Shown here piece after piece: positions 1 through 9,788 of a DNA stretch of 64,000 nucleotides. Origin of the DNA: Chthoniobacteraceae bacterium (GTDB lineage Bacteria; Verrucomicrobiota; Verrucomicrobiia; Chthoniobacterales; Chthoniobacteraceae). The stretch's first letter is position 1. Each line of letters opens with the position of its first letter. A program made the translations under genes and the position numbers. The stretch covers positions 64,001 to 128,000 of the forward strand of contig JBBCKI010000030.1 in NCBI GenBank assembly GCA_037190965.1. Reading direction: 5' to 3'. Under the pieces are notes generated by a model. The model did not search any database, was not told where the DNA came from, and was given only the letters and a program-made list of their open reading frames with translations.

Positions 1-194
1 CAAATAAGACCTTTCAGATTAATCCGGAGGGCTCGGTAAAAATCCCGACCGCCAATTCTCTGGCCGACCTGACGATGGTTCATTGGATTGAGCTGGGACT
101 CCAGCCGATGAGAGGAACCACCAAGGGAACCGGCGACACGGCCGCCATCCAGATTGCCGGATTAACAGGCCAAACCCGCGTTTATCGGCCATGA
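1..194 (+). CDS. Verru_Chthon cassette protein D-like, 3' fragment (truncated by window edge)
   Basis: Not in the ORF track. Frame 3 reads NKTFQINPEGSVKIP...AAIQIAGLTGQTRVYRP*, a C-terminus I recognise as typical of cassette protein D. Its stop overlaps the next ATG (ATGA at 191-194). Confidence 0.7.
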   Translation, partial: NKTFQINPEGSVKIPTANSLADLTMVHWIELGLQPMRGTTKGTGDTAAIQIAGLTGQTRVYRP

Positions 195-631
195 AGAAAA
201 CACGCTCTACAAAACCGGGGGCTTTCACGCTCGTCGAAGTCACCCTCGCACTGGGGATCGCCGCCTTTTGCCTGATTGCTCTGCTGGGACTTTTGCCCGC
301 GAGCGTCAATTCAAGCAATAACGCAACCGAGGAAACCGCGGCGATGAATGGGGTTGCGGGATTGGTCGCCGATCTGAAAACCACTCCGCCCACCGCGACC
401 GGCAGCCCCCTTTATGGCATTCCGCTCACCTCCGGGACCCTATACTTCAACGATGCCTGGCAAAAGGTAACCACCGTTGCAGGCGCACGCTACCGCGTGA
501 CTACCATCGCCACGCCTGCGGGAAGCGTCACGCCCGCGCGCGCCACCCTCCATGTCAGTTGGCCCGCGGCGGTAACTCCGCAAAACGCCACGGGTTCGGT
601 CACCGTTTTTGCCGCCTACAACAGCCAATAG
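191..631 (+). CDS. Verru_Chthon cassette protein B-like (prepilin-type N-terminus)
   Basis: GA|FTLVEVTLALGIAAFCLIALLGLLP N-methylation-type motif; 146 aa; cassette context. Confidence 0.8.
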   Translation: MKKTRSTKPGAFTLVEVTLALGIAAFCLIALLGLLPASVNSSNNATEETAAMNGVAGLVADLKTTPPTATGSPLYGIPLTSGTLYFNDAWQKVTTVAGARYRVTTIATPAGSVTPARATLHVSWPAAVTPQNATGSVTVFAAYNSQ

Positions 632-634
632 CCC

Positions 635-1474
635 ATGGCCCGCTCCATGAAATCTTATCTTCCTGCTGCCTGCTTCCGGCGCGGCTTTACGCTCGTCGAG
701 CTTCTGGTCGCGATGGGTGTCATGTCGCTCGTCGTCGTGATGCTCACGAACCTCATCAACGGCGTCACGCTGACCACCGACCGCAGCCATCGGCGAATCG
801 ACGCAGACGCGGGGGCTCGCGTGGCCCTGGACCGGCTGGGGCTCGACCTGGAGAAAATGCTCCAGCGTCCCGATGTCGATTACGCATTTCACAAATACGA
901 CGGCAACGACACGATCTCCTTCTACGCCACTACGCAAGGCTACGGCACGGCAAGCCGCCCCCTCTCGGCGATCGCGTATCTGATCAATGGCAACTACCAG
1001 CTTGACCGCGGAGCCAGAACGATCGCCGGGGCCGATTGGCAAACGCCCGTCTTCGTTTCCGCGTCGACGCAGTCCCTCAACCGCACGGACATCGTCAACC
1101 ACGACACTTCCATTAGCGAAGCAAAAACCACGCTGGCGGCCATCGACTACCAAACCCTCTGCGAAGACATCCTGCGCCTGGAGTTTGCCTATCTCGTCAA
1201 GGACGCAGCCGGTGTCAGAATCGCCAAAGACGCGCCCTCGAAATTCGAGAATCTCCGCGGGCTCGTGGTGGGAGTCGCCGCCCTTGATGCAAGAAGCCGG
1301 GCGATGACAACCCCCGCCCAGTTGGCCCAGATCGCCGCGGGGCTGATCGACGCTCAGGACGGCAAGGACATCTTGAGCCTGTGGGATCCGGTTGCCGGAA
1401 AGCCGTTGGCCGGCGTTCCCGAGGCGGCCACTTCGAACGTGCGAATCTATCAACGCTACTATTTCCTCCAGTGA
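635..1474 (+). CDS. Verru_Chthon cassette protein C-like (prepilin-type, PulJ/PilW-like)
   Basis: RRG|FTLVELLVAMGVMSLVVVML motif; 279 aa; cassette context. Confidence 0.8.
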   Translation: MARSMKSYLPAACFRRGFTLVELLVAMGVMSLVVVMLTNLINGVTLTTDRSHRRIDADAGARVALDRLGLDLEKMLQRPDVDYAFHKYDGNDTISFYATTQGYGTASRPLSAIAYLINGNYQLDRGARTIAGADWQTPVFVSASTQSLNRTDIVNHDTSISEAKTTLAAIDYQTLCEDILRLEFAYLVKDAAGVRIAKDAPSKFENLRGLVVGVAALDARSRAMTTPAQLAQIAAGLIDAQDGKDILSLWDPVAGKPLAGVPEAATSNVRIYQRYYFLQ

Positions 1475-4400
1475 TCCCTCAAAACTCTCATCGCCGGGGC
1501 GTCGCCCTGATTCTTGTGCTGTCGTTTGTCGTTCTGGCGACGACATTGATTGTCGCTTTCTTTTCCCGCTCGATCCTGCACCGGCAAGTCGCTTCAACCA
1601 GCGGCAGCCAAACCCGGGTTGACATTCTGGCTCAAAGCGCGCTGGAAATCGTGATCGGCGACCTCAAGCAGGAAATCGCCGCAGGCTCGACGGCCAACAC
1701 GGTCGGAGGCATCACCATCTACACGCCGATCTCGAACAGAACGGTGGCGCCCTACGACGGAGACATCAATCGCACGCTCCAACCAAACCTTTTGAAAACC
1801 AGCGCTTTCAGCAAGGCGGTTTTCTCCGGAACTCCTTACGCCTCGGGCAGCACCGCCACCATCAGGGCCTCGAATGCCCTCACAACGGGAACCTCCGCCA
1901 ATCAACGATTCATCAGCCTCGGCCGATGGAATGCCCCGCTGCTCCTTTCCTCCACGGGAAGCCTATTCACTCCCACCAACTTCACGGCTCCGCACTGGAT
2001 CATCGTCACGCGCGGAAACGTCGGGATTCATTCCACCGGCCCTGTGATCAGCGGGACCACCTTTCTCGGGCGGAACACCGGCGATACCGGGCCCGCCGAC
2101 AAGGGAATTCACAATCCCGCCCCAAGCAACACAGACTATGCCATCGGCCGGTTTGCCTATACCGTCTACGACGAAGGCGGGTTGCTTGACGTCAACGTCG
2201 CGGGCAATCGGCTCGGGGCGACAGACAACGACAGGCGGGGCCGCCTGCATCAGGCTGACTTAAGCGTGATTCCCGGATTCACCACCACAGGCCCCACCGA
2301 TCTTCTTTCATGGAGAACCGCCGCCACCGGCACCAACACGGACGATGTTGCAGGCGAGGGAGGCCTTTTCGATCCCAAGCGGGATTTCATCGCCGTGCAA
2401 AAGACAGGCACCAACTCGGATCAAACCTTCTTCAACCGCCAGGATCTGATCGCCTACGTCAAGAACACTCCCTCACAATTCAGTGACACTCCCACCGGGC
2501 TTCGCTATCCGGCACTTCAATATCTATCCTCCTTCTCCCGCGAGAAGAACGCGCCGAGTTGGGCTCCGACAAGCCCGACGACCACCAACCCAAAGCTCGC
2601 GGACATTCGGGCGAAAAACAATACCCCGATGCTCAAGCAACGATTCCCCTTGAGCCGGATTGACTTGATCCGCCTTGAGACAGCAGCCGATGTCCTCAAA
2701 TACTTCGGGTTGGAGAAAGAGAGCTACTATTGGAAATATGTCCACGGCAGCGCGATCAACACCCTGGACCAGGTAAAGGATCTTGAGCGCGACCCGAACT
2801 TTTTCGAGCTCCTGAAGGCCGCAATCCTCGCGGGTTCGTTGGGCAAGAGCGGCAAGGCAGGCACCGCTTCGCTCCCTGAATCTGCTACCGGCGTGCTCTC
2901 CGACCTCCAGATCCTTCAAATTGGGGCAAACATCATCGACCAGTATGACATAGATAATCTTCCCACTGAAATTCGCCTGGGCAGCGAGGCGGTTTACGGT
3001 GTCGAGAATCTTCCATACCTCGTCCGGGTGTTTGGGGTTCACGCGGCAATTGATCCCGGCGATCCAAACAAGATCAACGGCTGGCTCCAGCCCGAACTCT
3101 GGAATCCGCATCAGCAGGCAACCACCTCGGGCACCATTCGTCTGCGGATGGTAGGACAGGCTCACACGCTTGTCGAAAATGATTCGCCCTCCCAGCCTCC
3201 GCCCAGCGCTCCGGCCCCATTGACTACAGCGGATGCGGAGATCACTTTTAACAACTCTTCCACCTTCGAAAATCCCACGGTGTTGACCGCAGTTCCGGGA
3301 ACGATCTATTCTTCGACCAATTCGATAATCTTAAGCGGGACTACTTATGTAGGATTCCAAACCGGTCAGGTGGACGCTCCCGCGAACCATACGCTCTACA
3401 AAATTGAGCCGGAGGTTAGTTACAGCTTTTATTTGGATTATGCCGTCGGCACCAGCGGCTACCGCCCTTACTCCGTCTGGAAGAATATCAATACTGCCCT
3501 CGAAAATCTTCCGGCAGCGGCAGGAAAGCACGGCGCCTTTTTTGTCAAAGCCGACCCCCGGACCGATCGTTTCGGGGCCTCGGTTGGCACGGTGTACAAT
3601 CTCGCAGCCGGCGCGGACGGTGAAATTGGTAAAACCATTCGAATGACGGGAGCCAATGGAATGACCATCGCCTCCCATGCCCCCACCTCCGGATTCACGT
3701 GGAACCCGGCAACGAACTTTTTTCTTGGCCTGTTGAGCGACAACTCATCGACCTCGGATGGCTACTATGCCGATCCTGATGGCGTCGTAAGAAGGGCGGA
3801 TGGCGCGAATTGGACAGGCGCCGAAGGGCTTCCCCTGAGCCCAGCCAGCGCGGGGCGGGCAATCGTCCTCAACCGCCCGTTCCGCTCGGTTGGAGAACTC
3901 AGCTATGCCTTCCGCGATCTTCCTTTCAAGAGCCTGGACTTCTTCACCGCACAAAGCGCGGACGCCGCATTGCTCGACGTCTTCTCGGTGGATGACAATG
4001 AAGTTGTCGCGGGGCGGATCAATCCAAACACCCGAAACAAGCAAGTGCTTCAGGCCATGCTCCTTGGCGCTTCGAAATCAGGAGCGGCTCCAACCCTTTC
4101 ATCCACCGAGGCGGACGCCCTCGCGCAAGCGATTGTCACCTGGACCGGGAACAGCGCGCCCACACAAGGCCCCCTCCTCAACCGGGCCGATCTGGTAACA
4201 AAACTGGAAACTGTTATCGGCGGCGCGTGGACCGCCGATGCAGACAAAGCCAACAAGACCCGTCGCGAGTCGGCAGTTCGCGCGCTGGCCGATGTGTCCA
4301 ATACCCGGACATGGAATCTGATGATCGATCTGATTGCCCAGACGGGGCGGTATCCCACCGGGGTCAGGCCCCAGCCCGCCGAAACGGACCCCTTGAATAA

Positions 4401-4503
4401 ATACTTCGTGGTCGAGGGAGAGCGCCGCTATTGGCTCCACCTCGCCATTGACCGGTACACCGGCGAAATCGTGGACAAACAATTGGAACTGGTGTCCCAA
4501 TAG
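1471..4503 (+). CDS. Verru_Chthon cassette protein A-like (large PilX-like protein)
   Basis: Probable GTG start at 1471 overlapping the upstream TGA. RRG|VALILVLSFVVLATTLIVAFF PilX-like N-terminus; ~1010 aa; C-terminal VVEGERRYWLHLAIDRYTGEIVDKQLE. Confidence 0.8.
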   Translation: MIPQNSHRRGVALILVLSFVVLATTLIVAFFSRSILHRQVASTSGSQTRVDILAQSALEIVIGDLKQEIAAGSTANTVGGITIYTPISNRTVAPYDGDINRTLQPNLLKTSAFSKAVFSGTPYASGSTATIRASNALTTGTSANQRFISLGRWNAPLLLSSTGSLFTPTNFTAPHWIIVTRGNVGIHSTGPVISGTTFLGRNTGDTGPADKGIHNPAPSNTDYAIGRFAYTVYDEGGLLDVNVAGNRLGATDNDRRGRLHQADLSVIPGFTTTGPTDLLSWRTAATGTNTDDVAGEGGLFDPKRDFIAVQKTGTNSDQTFFNRQDLIAYVKNTPSQFSDTPTGLRYPALQYLSSFSREKNAPSWAPTSPTTTNPKLADIRAKNNTPMLKQRFPLSRIDLIRLETAADVLKYFGLEKESYYWKYVHGSAINTLDQVKDLERDPNFFELLKAAILAGSLGKSGKAGTASLPESATGVLSDLQILQIGANIIDQYDIDNLPTEIRLGSEAVYGVENLPYLVRVFGVHAAIDPGDPNKINGWLQPELWNPHQQATTSGTIRLRMVGQAHTLVENDSPSQPPPSAPAPLTTADAEITFNNSSTFENPTVLTAVPGTIYSSTNSIILSGTTYVGFQTGQVDAPANHTLYKIEPEVSYSFYLDYAVGTSGYRPYSVWKNINTALENLPAAAGKHGAFFVKADPRTDRFGASVGTVYNLAAGADGEIGKTIRMTGANGMTIASHAPTSGFTWNPATNFFLGLLSDNSSTSDGYYADPDGVVRRADGANWTGAEGLPLSPASAGRAIVLNRPFRSVGELSYAFRDLPFKSLDFFTAQSADAALLDVFSVDDNEVVAGRINPNTRNKQVLQAMLLGASKSGAAPTLSSTEADALAQAIVTWTGNSAPTQGPLLNRADLVTKLETVIGGAWTADADKANKTRRESAVRALADVSNTRTWNLMIDLIAQTGRYPTGVRPQPAETDPLNKYFVVEGERRYWLHLAIDRYTGEIVDKQLELVSQ

Positions 4504-4548
4504 CGGCTCTCCCGAATCGGAGCCGCACCCGCTAGCGAAAGTTTTCTC

Positions 4549-5187
4549 ATGAACAAGCGTCTTACCGCGTTCTCTATCTTAATGGGGCTCGGAGCTAGTC
4601 TGTGGGCGCAGAGCCCGGCAACAAAGCCGTCATCGTCAGCAGCCCCGCTCTTCAAATTTCCGGCGAGAGCCTCTTTCACCGTTGAGTTCGGACAGCAAAT
4701 GCAGGCTAAACCGGGCGGTGCCCCGGCACGTCAAAAAACGCTAGTCAAAGTCGATGTGACCAGCACCGAGAAAATGCGCCGGTTAACCAAACTTTGGGAC
4801 GACGGCAGCAGGACCGAAGATTGGTATATCGGAAACTATCGCATGATCGAGCATCCAAGCGGCCAATGGATCAACATGGTCGACGCTACAAAATCGTCCT
4901 ACGGCGGCAAACTGAGTTACGACGCCTCCGATTTTTCCTGGATCTCCATTCAGAACCGCAGCGGTGAGGCCACCTACAAGGGACGGCCCTGCCATCGTTT
5001 CCAAATGCAAGCGCCAGCGGCTTCGAGTGAATCCTGTGAAGCAGTCATCGACGATCAAACGTTGTTGCCGCTTATCCTGGTAAAAGGAAACACGACCGCA
5101 ACCTTCACATTCCGACAGGCTCCGCAGGGCGAATTGCAACTTCCGCCCCGTTTCGAGCAAAAATGGAAAGAGATTCAGCGCCGCTGA
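4549..5187 (+). CDS. Hypothetical secreted protein
   Basis: Signal-peptide-like N-terminus (MNKRLTAFSILMGLGASLWA|Q); 212 aa; beta-rich pattern. Confidence 0.75.
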   Translation: MNKRLTAFSILMGLGASLWAQSPATKPSSSAAPLFKFPARASFTVEFGQQMQAKPGGAPARQKTLVKVDVTSTEKMRRLTKLWDDGSRTEDWYIGNYRMIEHPSGQWINMVDATKSSYGGKLSYDASDFSWISIQNRSGEATYKGRPCHRFQMQAPAASSESCEAVIDDQTLLPLILVKGNTTATFTFRQAPQGELQLPPRFEQKWKEIQRR

Positions 5188-5261
5188 TTTTTCCTCTTTC
5201 CAATAGCTTGCAACGTCGGAAATTTGCTGCTCTCTAAGTTGCGCAATCCTTTGTACCGATT

Positions 5262-6515
5262 ATGCCCACAACCCCCTTCTCCTTCGCCAAAGAATCCTAC
5301 GCAGCCCTTGGCGTGGATGTTGAAGCCGCCTTACAGACACTCGCTTCGGTGCCGGTCTCCCTTCACTGTTGGCAAGGCGACGATGTGGGCGGATTTGAGA
5401 ACGCGGGAACAGGCCTGACCGGGGGCGGCATTCAGGCCACCGGTAATTATCCCGGCAAAGCGCGCACGCTGGAGGAGTTGCGCGGCGATCTGGAGAAGGC
5501 GCTTTCGCTCATTCCCGGCAAGCACCGGCTCAATCTCCATGCCTGCTACGCCGATCTTTCCGGCGGCAAGGTGGAGCGCAACGAATACACCGTCGCCCAG
5601 TTCCAAAGTTGGATCGACTGGGCGAAGGCGCAGGGGCTCGGGCTCGATTTCAACCCGACCTTTTTCTCTCACCCGCTCGCGAACGGCGGCCAGACGCTCT
5701 CACACCCCGACGACGGCGTCCGCCAGTTCTGGGTCGAGCACGGCATCGCCTCCCGCAAGATCGCGGCGGAGATGGGACGGCAACTCGGCACCACCACCGT
5801 GACCAACCACTGGATCCCGGACGGCTCCAAGGACCTTCCCTTTGACCGCAAAGGGCCGCGCGAGCGATTGGAAGCGTCGCTCGACGAAATGTTCGCGCCG
5901 GAGATCGATCCGGCCCTCAACCTCGACGCCGTGGAGTGCAAGCTCTTTGGAATCGGCTCGGAGTCGTACGTGGTGGGCTCGCACGAGTTTTACCTCGGTT
6001 ATGCGGTGAAGAACCAGAAGCTCGTTTGCCTCGACGCCGGGCATTTCCATCCGACGGAAGGGCTCGCCGACAAGATTTCCTCGGTGCTGCAATTTGTCCC
6101 CGAACTCCTCCTGCACGTGAGCCGCGGGGTACGCTGGGACAGCGATCACGTCGTCCTGCTCGATGATCCGACCCGCGCGATCATGGAAGAACTGGTGCGC
6201 GGCGACTACCTGGGTAGAACCCATATTGGGCTCGATTTCTTCGATGCCAGCATCAACCGCGTGGCCGCGTGGGTCATCGGCACCCGCAGCACGCTCAAGG
6301 CGCTCCTGCTCGCCCTGCTGGAACCGGCCGCACGCTTGCTGGAGGCGGAAAAGGCGGGCGACTTCACCGCCCGGCTCGCCCTGCTGGAGGAAGCCAAATC
6401 GCTCCCCTTCGGCGTGGTCTGGGACGAGTATTGCTGCCGCCAGAATGTCCCGGTCGGGGCTTGCTGGATCGACGAGGTGAAGGCGTACGAACGGAACGTG
6501 CTCGCTTCACGGTAG
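5262..6515 (+). CDS. rhaA: L-rhamnose isomerase
   Basis: [56 protein letters not shown] and VRWDSDHVV motifs. Confidence 0.97.
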   Translation: MPTTPFSFAKESYAALGVDVEAALQTLASVPVSLHCWQGDDVGGFENAGTGLTGGGIQATGNYPGKARTLEELRGDLEKALSLIPGKHRLNLHACYADLSGGKVERNEYTVAQFQSWIDWAKAQGLGLDFNPTFFSHPLANGGQTLSHPDDGVRQFWVEHGIASRKIAAEMGRQLGTTTVTNHWIPDGSKDLPFDRKGPRERLEASLDEMFAPEIDPALNLDAVECKLFGIGSESYVVGSHEFYLGYAVKNQKLVCLDAGHFHPTEGLADKISSVLQFVPELLLHVSRGVRWDSDHVVLLDDPTRAIMEELVRGDYLGRTHIGLDFFDASINRVAAWVIGTRSTLKALLLALLEPAARLLEAEKAGDFTARLALLEEAKSLPFGVVWDEYCCRQNVPVGACWIDEVKAYERNVLASR

Positions 6516-6523
6516 GGGTGCAA

Positions 6524-6658
6524 TGGCGCGGCAGCGCCGGTAGTCCGCTCTCGCGCCTTCATTGGACCCAAATCCAGCACCCTTCGCCCGTCTTGATGGG
6601 ATGAGCATCAAATGCGCCTCATCGTCGTTTCCCGCGCTCTCGGCGAGAGCGGGCTACC
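6524..6658 (+). repeat. REP-doublet (REPIN-like) element, family 1, degenerate copy
   Basis: TGGCGCGGCAGCGCC-GGTAGTCCGCTCTCGC ... CCCGCGCTCTCGGCGAGAGCGGGCTACC; matches the copies at 11158, 18658 and 49605. Confidence 0.8.
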
Positions 6659-6760
6659 TGCCGCCCCACCAAATCGGCAATTTTCCCCGGTACCCTTGAA
6701 AATTTTTTCATCGTCTTGTCGCGCGGGGAATTTTTTGTGCCATAGGTATTTCACAAACCT

Positions 6761-7210
6761 ATGTCCTACTCGAATCCCGACCTCACCATTCACCCTCCCC
6801 GCAGCGCCCGTGTCCGCCTTGGCGGCTTCGTTATCCTGCCGAGGATGCTCGATAAAGGCCGCGCTCTCCTCGCGGGAAAAAACGGCGACTACAAGTTCAA
6901 TTGTCCTCTCGACCAGCGCTTTACAAAGTTTGCGGGCATCGACGGCGACGCGTTGAAAGAACAACTTGCCGCGGGGAAGGGCGACGGGGAGATCCTCGAA
7001 TGGGTACTGGCCAACGCCGCCAACAAGCCCGACGAAACGGCCATTACCGCCTGGTCGGCCCTTCAGGAGCAGAGAGCGCCAACCGATGTGGACACCCGCA
7101 CCTACTTCAACAACCTCCACACCACCGCCGGTGCGCATCGCACGGACATCGCAACGTGGTTCGACCTGCTCGACCTCGACGACTACGCCAGCTACGGCGG
7201 AAAGGCCTAA
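6761..7210 (+). CDS. DUF5069 domain protein
   Basis: PPRSARVRLGGFVILPRMLDKGRA...NCPLDQRF...WFDLLDLDD pattern. Confidence 0.85.
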   Translation: MSYSNPDLTIHPPRSARVRLGGFVILPRMLDKGRALLAGKNGDYKFNCPLDQRFTKFAGIDGDALKEQLAAGKGDGEILEWVLANAANKPDETAITAWSALQEQRAPTDVDTRTYFNNLHTTAGAHRTDIATWFDLLDLDDYASYGGKA

Positions 7211-7374
7211 GAACCCCCTGGAAACGGCCCAAACACACGGGGTGGGTGACCCTCGGAGGCTCCCACCCCGCCCAGCCACGGGTTCCCCCGGATCCGAAAA
7301 ACGGTAGAAATCGTTCTTTTCCGCGTCGAACGAGCGGCTTTAGTATTTCGCGCTTTCCAAAAGATTATCCATCT

Positions 7375-8784
7375 ATGAGTCCTCTGTCTTTGACTGACGA
7401 GCACCTCGACAAACAGCATGTCGATCCACCATCCCCTGCGGAAGGCCAGGCTGACGAACCTCCGTCGCGACGCCTGCCTACTCCCCATGCGGAACACCGC
7501 GCCCTGCGCCAGGATGAATTCTGGCGGCATCTTCCCGGTTTCAAAACCATCACGGCGGCCGAATTCCAAACCCATACGTTTCAGGCTCGCAACTCCGTTA
7601 CCAATCTTCGCCAACTTCGCGAACTCGTAGGGACTCTCGCTCCCGACTCTTTCTTCGACGACCTCGCCGCAGGTCTCAAGCGCGCCCCAATGGCGCTGCG
7701 CATCTCGCCCTACCTCCTGAGCCTGATCGACTGGAGCAACCCGTTTCACGACCCGATCCGTACCCAATTCCTGCCGCTGGCCTCGCAGCAGATGCCCGAT
7801 CATCCGATGCTGCGGCTCGATTCGCTGAACGAGCAGGGAGATTCGCCCGTCCCGGGCTTGACCCACCGTTACCGCGACAAGGCGCTTTTTCTGGCCATCG
7901 ATTCCTGCCCGGTCTACTGCCGCTTCTGCACGCGCAGCTACGCCGTGGGCTCGGACACCGAGGAAGTGGAGAAGATCAAGCTGCACGCGAACCTCGCCCG
8001 CTGGGAGACGATGTTTGCCTACATCGCCTCGCGCCCGGAACTGGAGGACATCGTGATCAGCGGCGGGGATACTTACAATCTCCGGCCCGATCATGTCTCC
8101 CTCATCGGCGAACGGCTTCTCTCCCTGCCGAACATCCGGCGCATCCGCTTCGCCACGAAGGGCCTCGCGGTGATGCCGCAGAAGATCCTTTCCGACGACG
8201 CATGGGTGGACGCCCTGACCAGGGTGGTCGATCTCAGCCGCAAGCTCCACAAGGATGCGGTCGTGCATACCCATTTCAATCACCCCAACGAGATTACCGC
8301 CGTGACCCAGGCCGCGATGAACCGACTGACGGAACGCGGGATCACCGTTCGCTGCCAGACGGTATTGCAACGCACCGTCAACGATTCGCCGGAGGTGATG
8401 CAGCTTCTGGTGAAGCGCCTCGGGTTTATCAATGTCCACCCGTACTACGTCTATTTTCACGACCTGGTGCCGGGCGTGGAAGACCTCCGCACTTCGCTGG
8501 CCGCAGGGCTGGCGGTGGAGAAGGCGGTGCGCGGATCCACCGCCGGGTTCAACACCCCGACCTTCGTGGTCGACACCATGGGCGGTGGCGGCAAGCGCGA
8601 CGGCCATTCGTTTGAGCATTACAACCGCGAAAACGGCATCGCCGTTTTCACCAGCCCGAGCGTCAAGCCCGGAGCGCGGTTCCTTTACTTCGACCCGCTC
8701 CGCTCGCTGGGCGACGCCGCCCGCGCCCGTTGGGCCGACGCAAACGAGCGCCGCAGAATGATCGACGACGCGCTGCAATCCTGA
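7375..8784 (+). CDS. KamA-family radical SAM enzyme (lysine 2,3-aminomutase type)
   Basis: CPVYCRFCTR CxxxCxxC motif, GLTHRYRDKAL, SGGD, HFNHPNE and PTFVVDTMGGGGK (PLP lysine). ATG at 7375 chosen as start; the longer track ORF overlaps DUF5069. Confidence 0.9.
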   Translation: MSPLSLTDEHLDKQHVDPPSPAEGQADEPPSRRLPTPHAEHRALRQDEFWRHLPGFKTITAAEFQTHTFQARNSVTNLRQLRELVGTLAPDSFFDDLAAGLKRAPMALRISPYLLSLIDWSNPFHDPIRTQFLPLASQQMPDHPMLRLDSLNEQGDSPVPGLTHRYRDKALFLAIDSCPVYCRFCTRSYAVGSDTEEVEKIKLHANLARWETMFAYIASRPELEDIVISGGDTYNLRPDHVSLIGERLLSLPNIRRIRFATKGLAVMPQKILSDDAWVDALTRVVDLSRKLHKDAVVHTHFNHPNEITAVTQAAMNRLTERGITVRCQTVLQRTVNDSPEVMQLLVKRLGFINVHPYYVYFHDLVPGVEDLRTSLAAGLAVEKAVRGSTAGFNTPTFVVDTMGGGGKRDGHSFEHYNRENGIAVFTSPSVKPGARFLYFDPLRSLGDAARARWADANERRRMIDDALQS

Positions 8785-8807
8785 TAGGATCGCCCTCCTT
8801 TATCCCC

Positions 8808-9788
8808 ATGAATTACCGCACGCTTGGCAAATCGGATCTCAAGGTTTCGGAAATCTCCTTTGGCTGTTGGACGATGGGCGGCCTGAACTGGGTCAACGGC
8901 ATCGCGAATGGCTGGGCCAACGTCGATGAAGCCGAAGTGACCGCCGGGATCAAGGCGGGGCTCGACGCCGGGGTGAACCATTTCGACAACGCCGATGTCT
9001 ACGGCAATGGCCGTGCGGAGCGGATGCTGGCGCGGGTGCTGGACCGCCTGGGAGTGCGAAGCGACACGGTGGTGATCGCCTCCAAGGTGGGCCACTTCCC
9101 GGGGACCGCCGCGCATGCCTATGAGCCGCTGCATATCCGCCACCAGTGCGAACAATCGCTAAAGAACCTGAAGCGCGATTACCTCGACGTTTACTACCTT
9201 CACCACGGCGATTTCGGCCCGGACTCCGAATACCTGCAAGGCGCGGCGGAAACGCTCGACGCGTTGGTCAAGGAAGGGAAAGTCCGGGTAAAAGGGCAGT
9301 CGGCCTACTCGGTGGAGGATTTCGAGAAAACCATCCCGGTGGTTCGCCCGCAGGTTCTGCAAAGCTGGGCGCACGCGCTCGACGACCGGTTCATCCGGGA
9401 GGGGTCGCGGCTTCAGGAATTGATGACGGAACACGGCTTGTCGTTTGTCGCCTTCAGCCCGTTGGCGCAGGGGCGACTTCTCGACAAGTACGACCCGGCA
9501 AACCCGCCCGCGTTCGAACCGGGCGACACCCGCAAGGCCAATGCGGCGTTCACCGCCGGGGAGATCGCGAAACTCAAGCCGAAGCTCGAAAAATTGAAGC
9601 GGCACTTCGGCTGCGGCGTGGAAACACTGGCCGCCGTGGCGCTCAACTACGTGCTCTCGCACCCCAACGTGGCGTGCGTCATCCCCGGGTTCCGCAACGA
9701 ACGGCAGGCCTGCTGCAACCTCGCCGCCACCCGGCGCAAACTCTCGGAAGACGACCTGCGGTTTATTCGCGATGCTCTGGCGGAGTAA
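8808..9788 (+). CDS. Aldo/keto reductase
   Basis: MNYRTLGKSDLKVSEISFGCW, FDNADVYGNG, SLKNLKRDYLDVYYLH, FSPLAQG, VIPG. Confidence 0.93.
   Translation: MNYRTLGKSDLKVSEISFGCWTMGGLNWVNGIANGWANVDEAEVTAGIKAGLDAGVNHFDNADVYGNGRAERMLARVLDRLGVRSDTVVIASKVGHFPGTAAHAYEPLHIRHQCEQSLKNLKRDYLDVYYLHHGDFGPDSEYLQGAAETLDALVKEGKVRVKGQSAYSVEDFEKTIPVVRPQVLQSWAHALDDRFIREGSRLQELMTEHGLSFVAFSPLAQGRLLDKYDPANPPAFEPGDTRKANAAFTAGEIAKLKPKLEKLKRHFGCGVETLAAVALNYVLSHPNVACVIPGFRNERQACCNLAATRRKLSEDDLRFIRDALAE

Noticed and set aside
6735..6756. TTGTG...TCACAA upstream of DUF5069, and TTCACAA before rex, as Rex or CRP boxes
   Set aside because: Half-site spacing (12 nt) does not fit Rex (8 nt) or CRP; the site before rex has only one half.
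6901..7374. 627-aa version of the KamA ORF (possible fusion)
   Set aside because: It overlaps DUF5069 in another frame and the extension is low-information Arg-rich text; ATG 7375 fits better.
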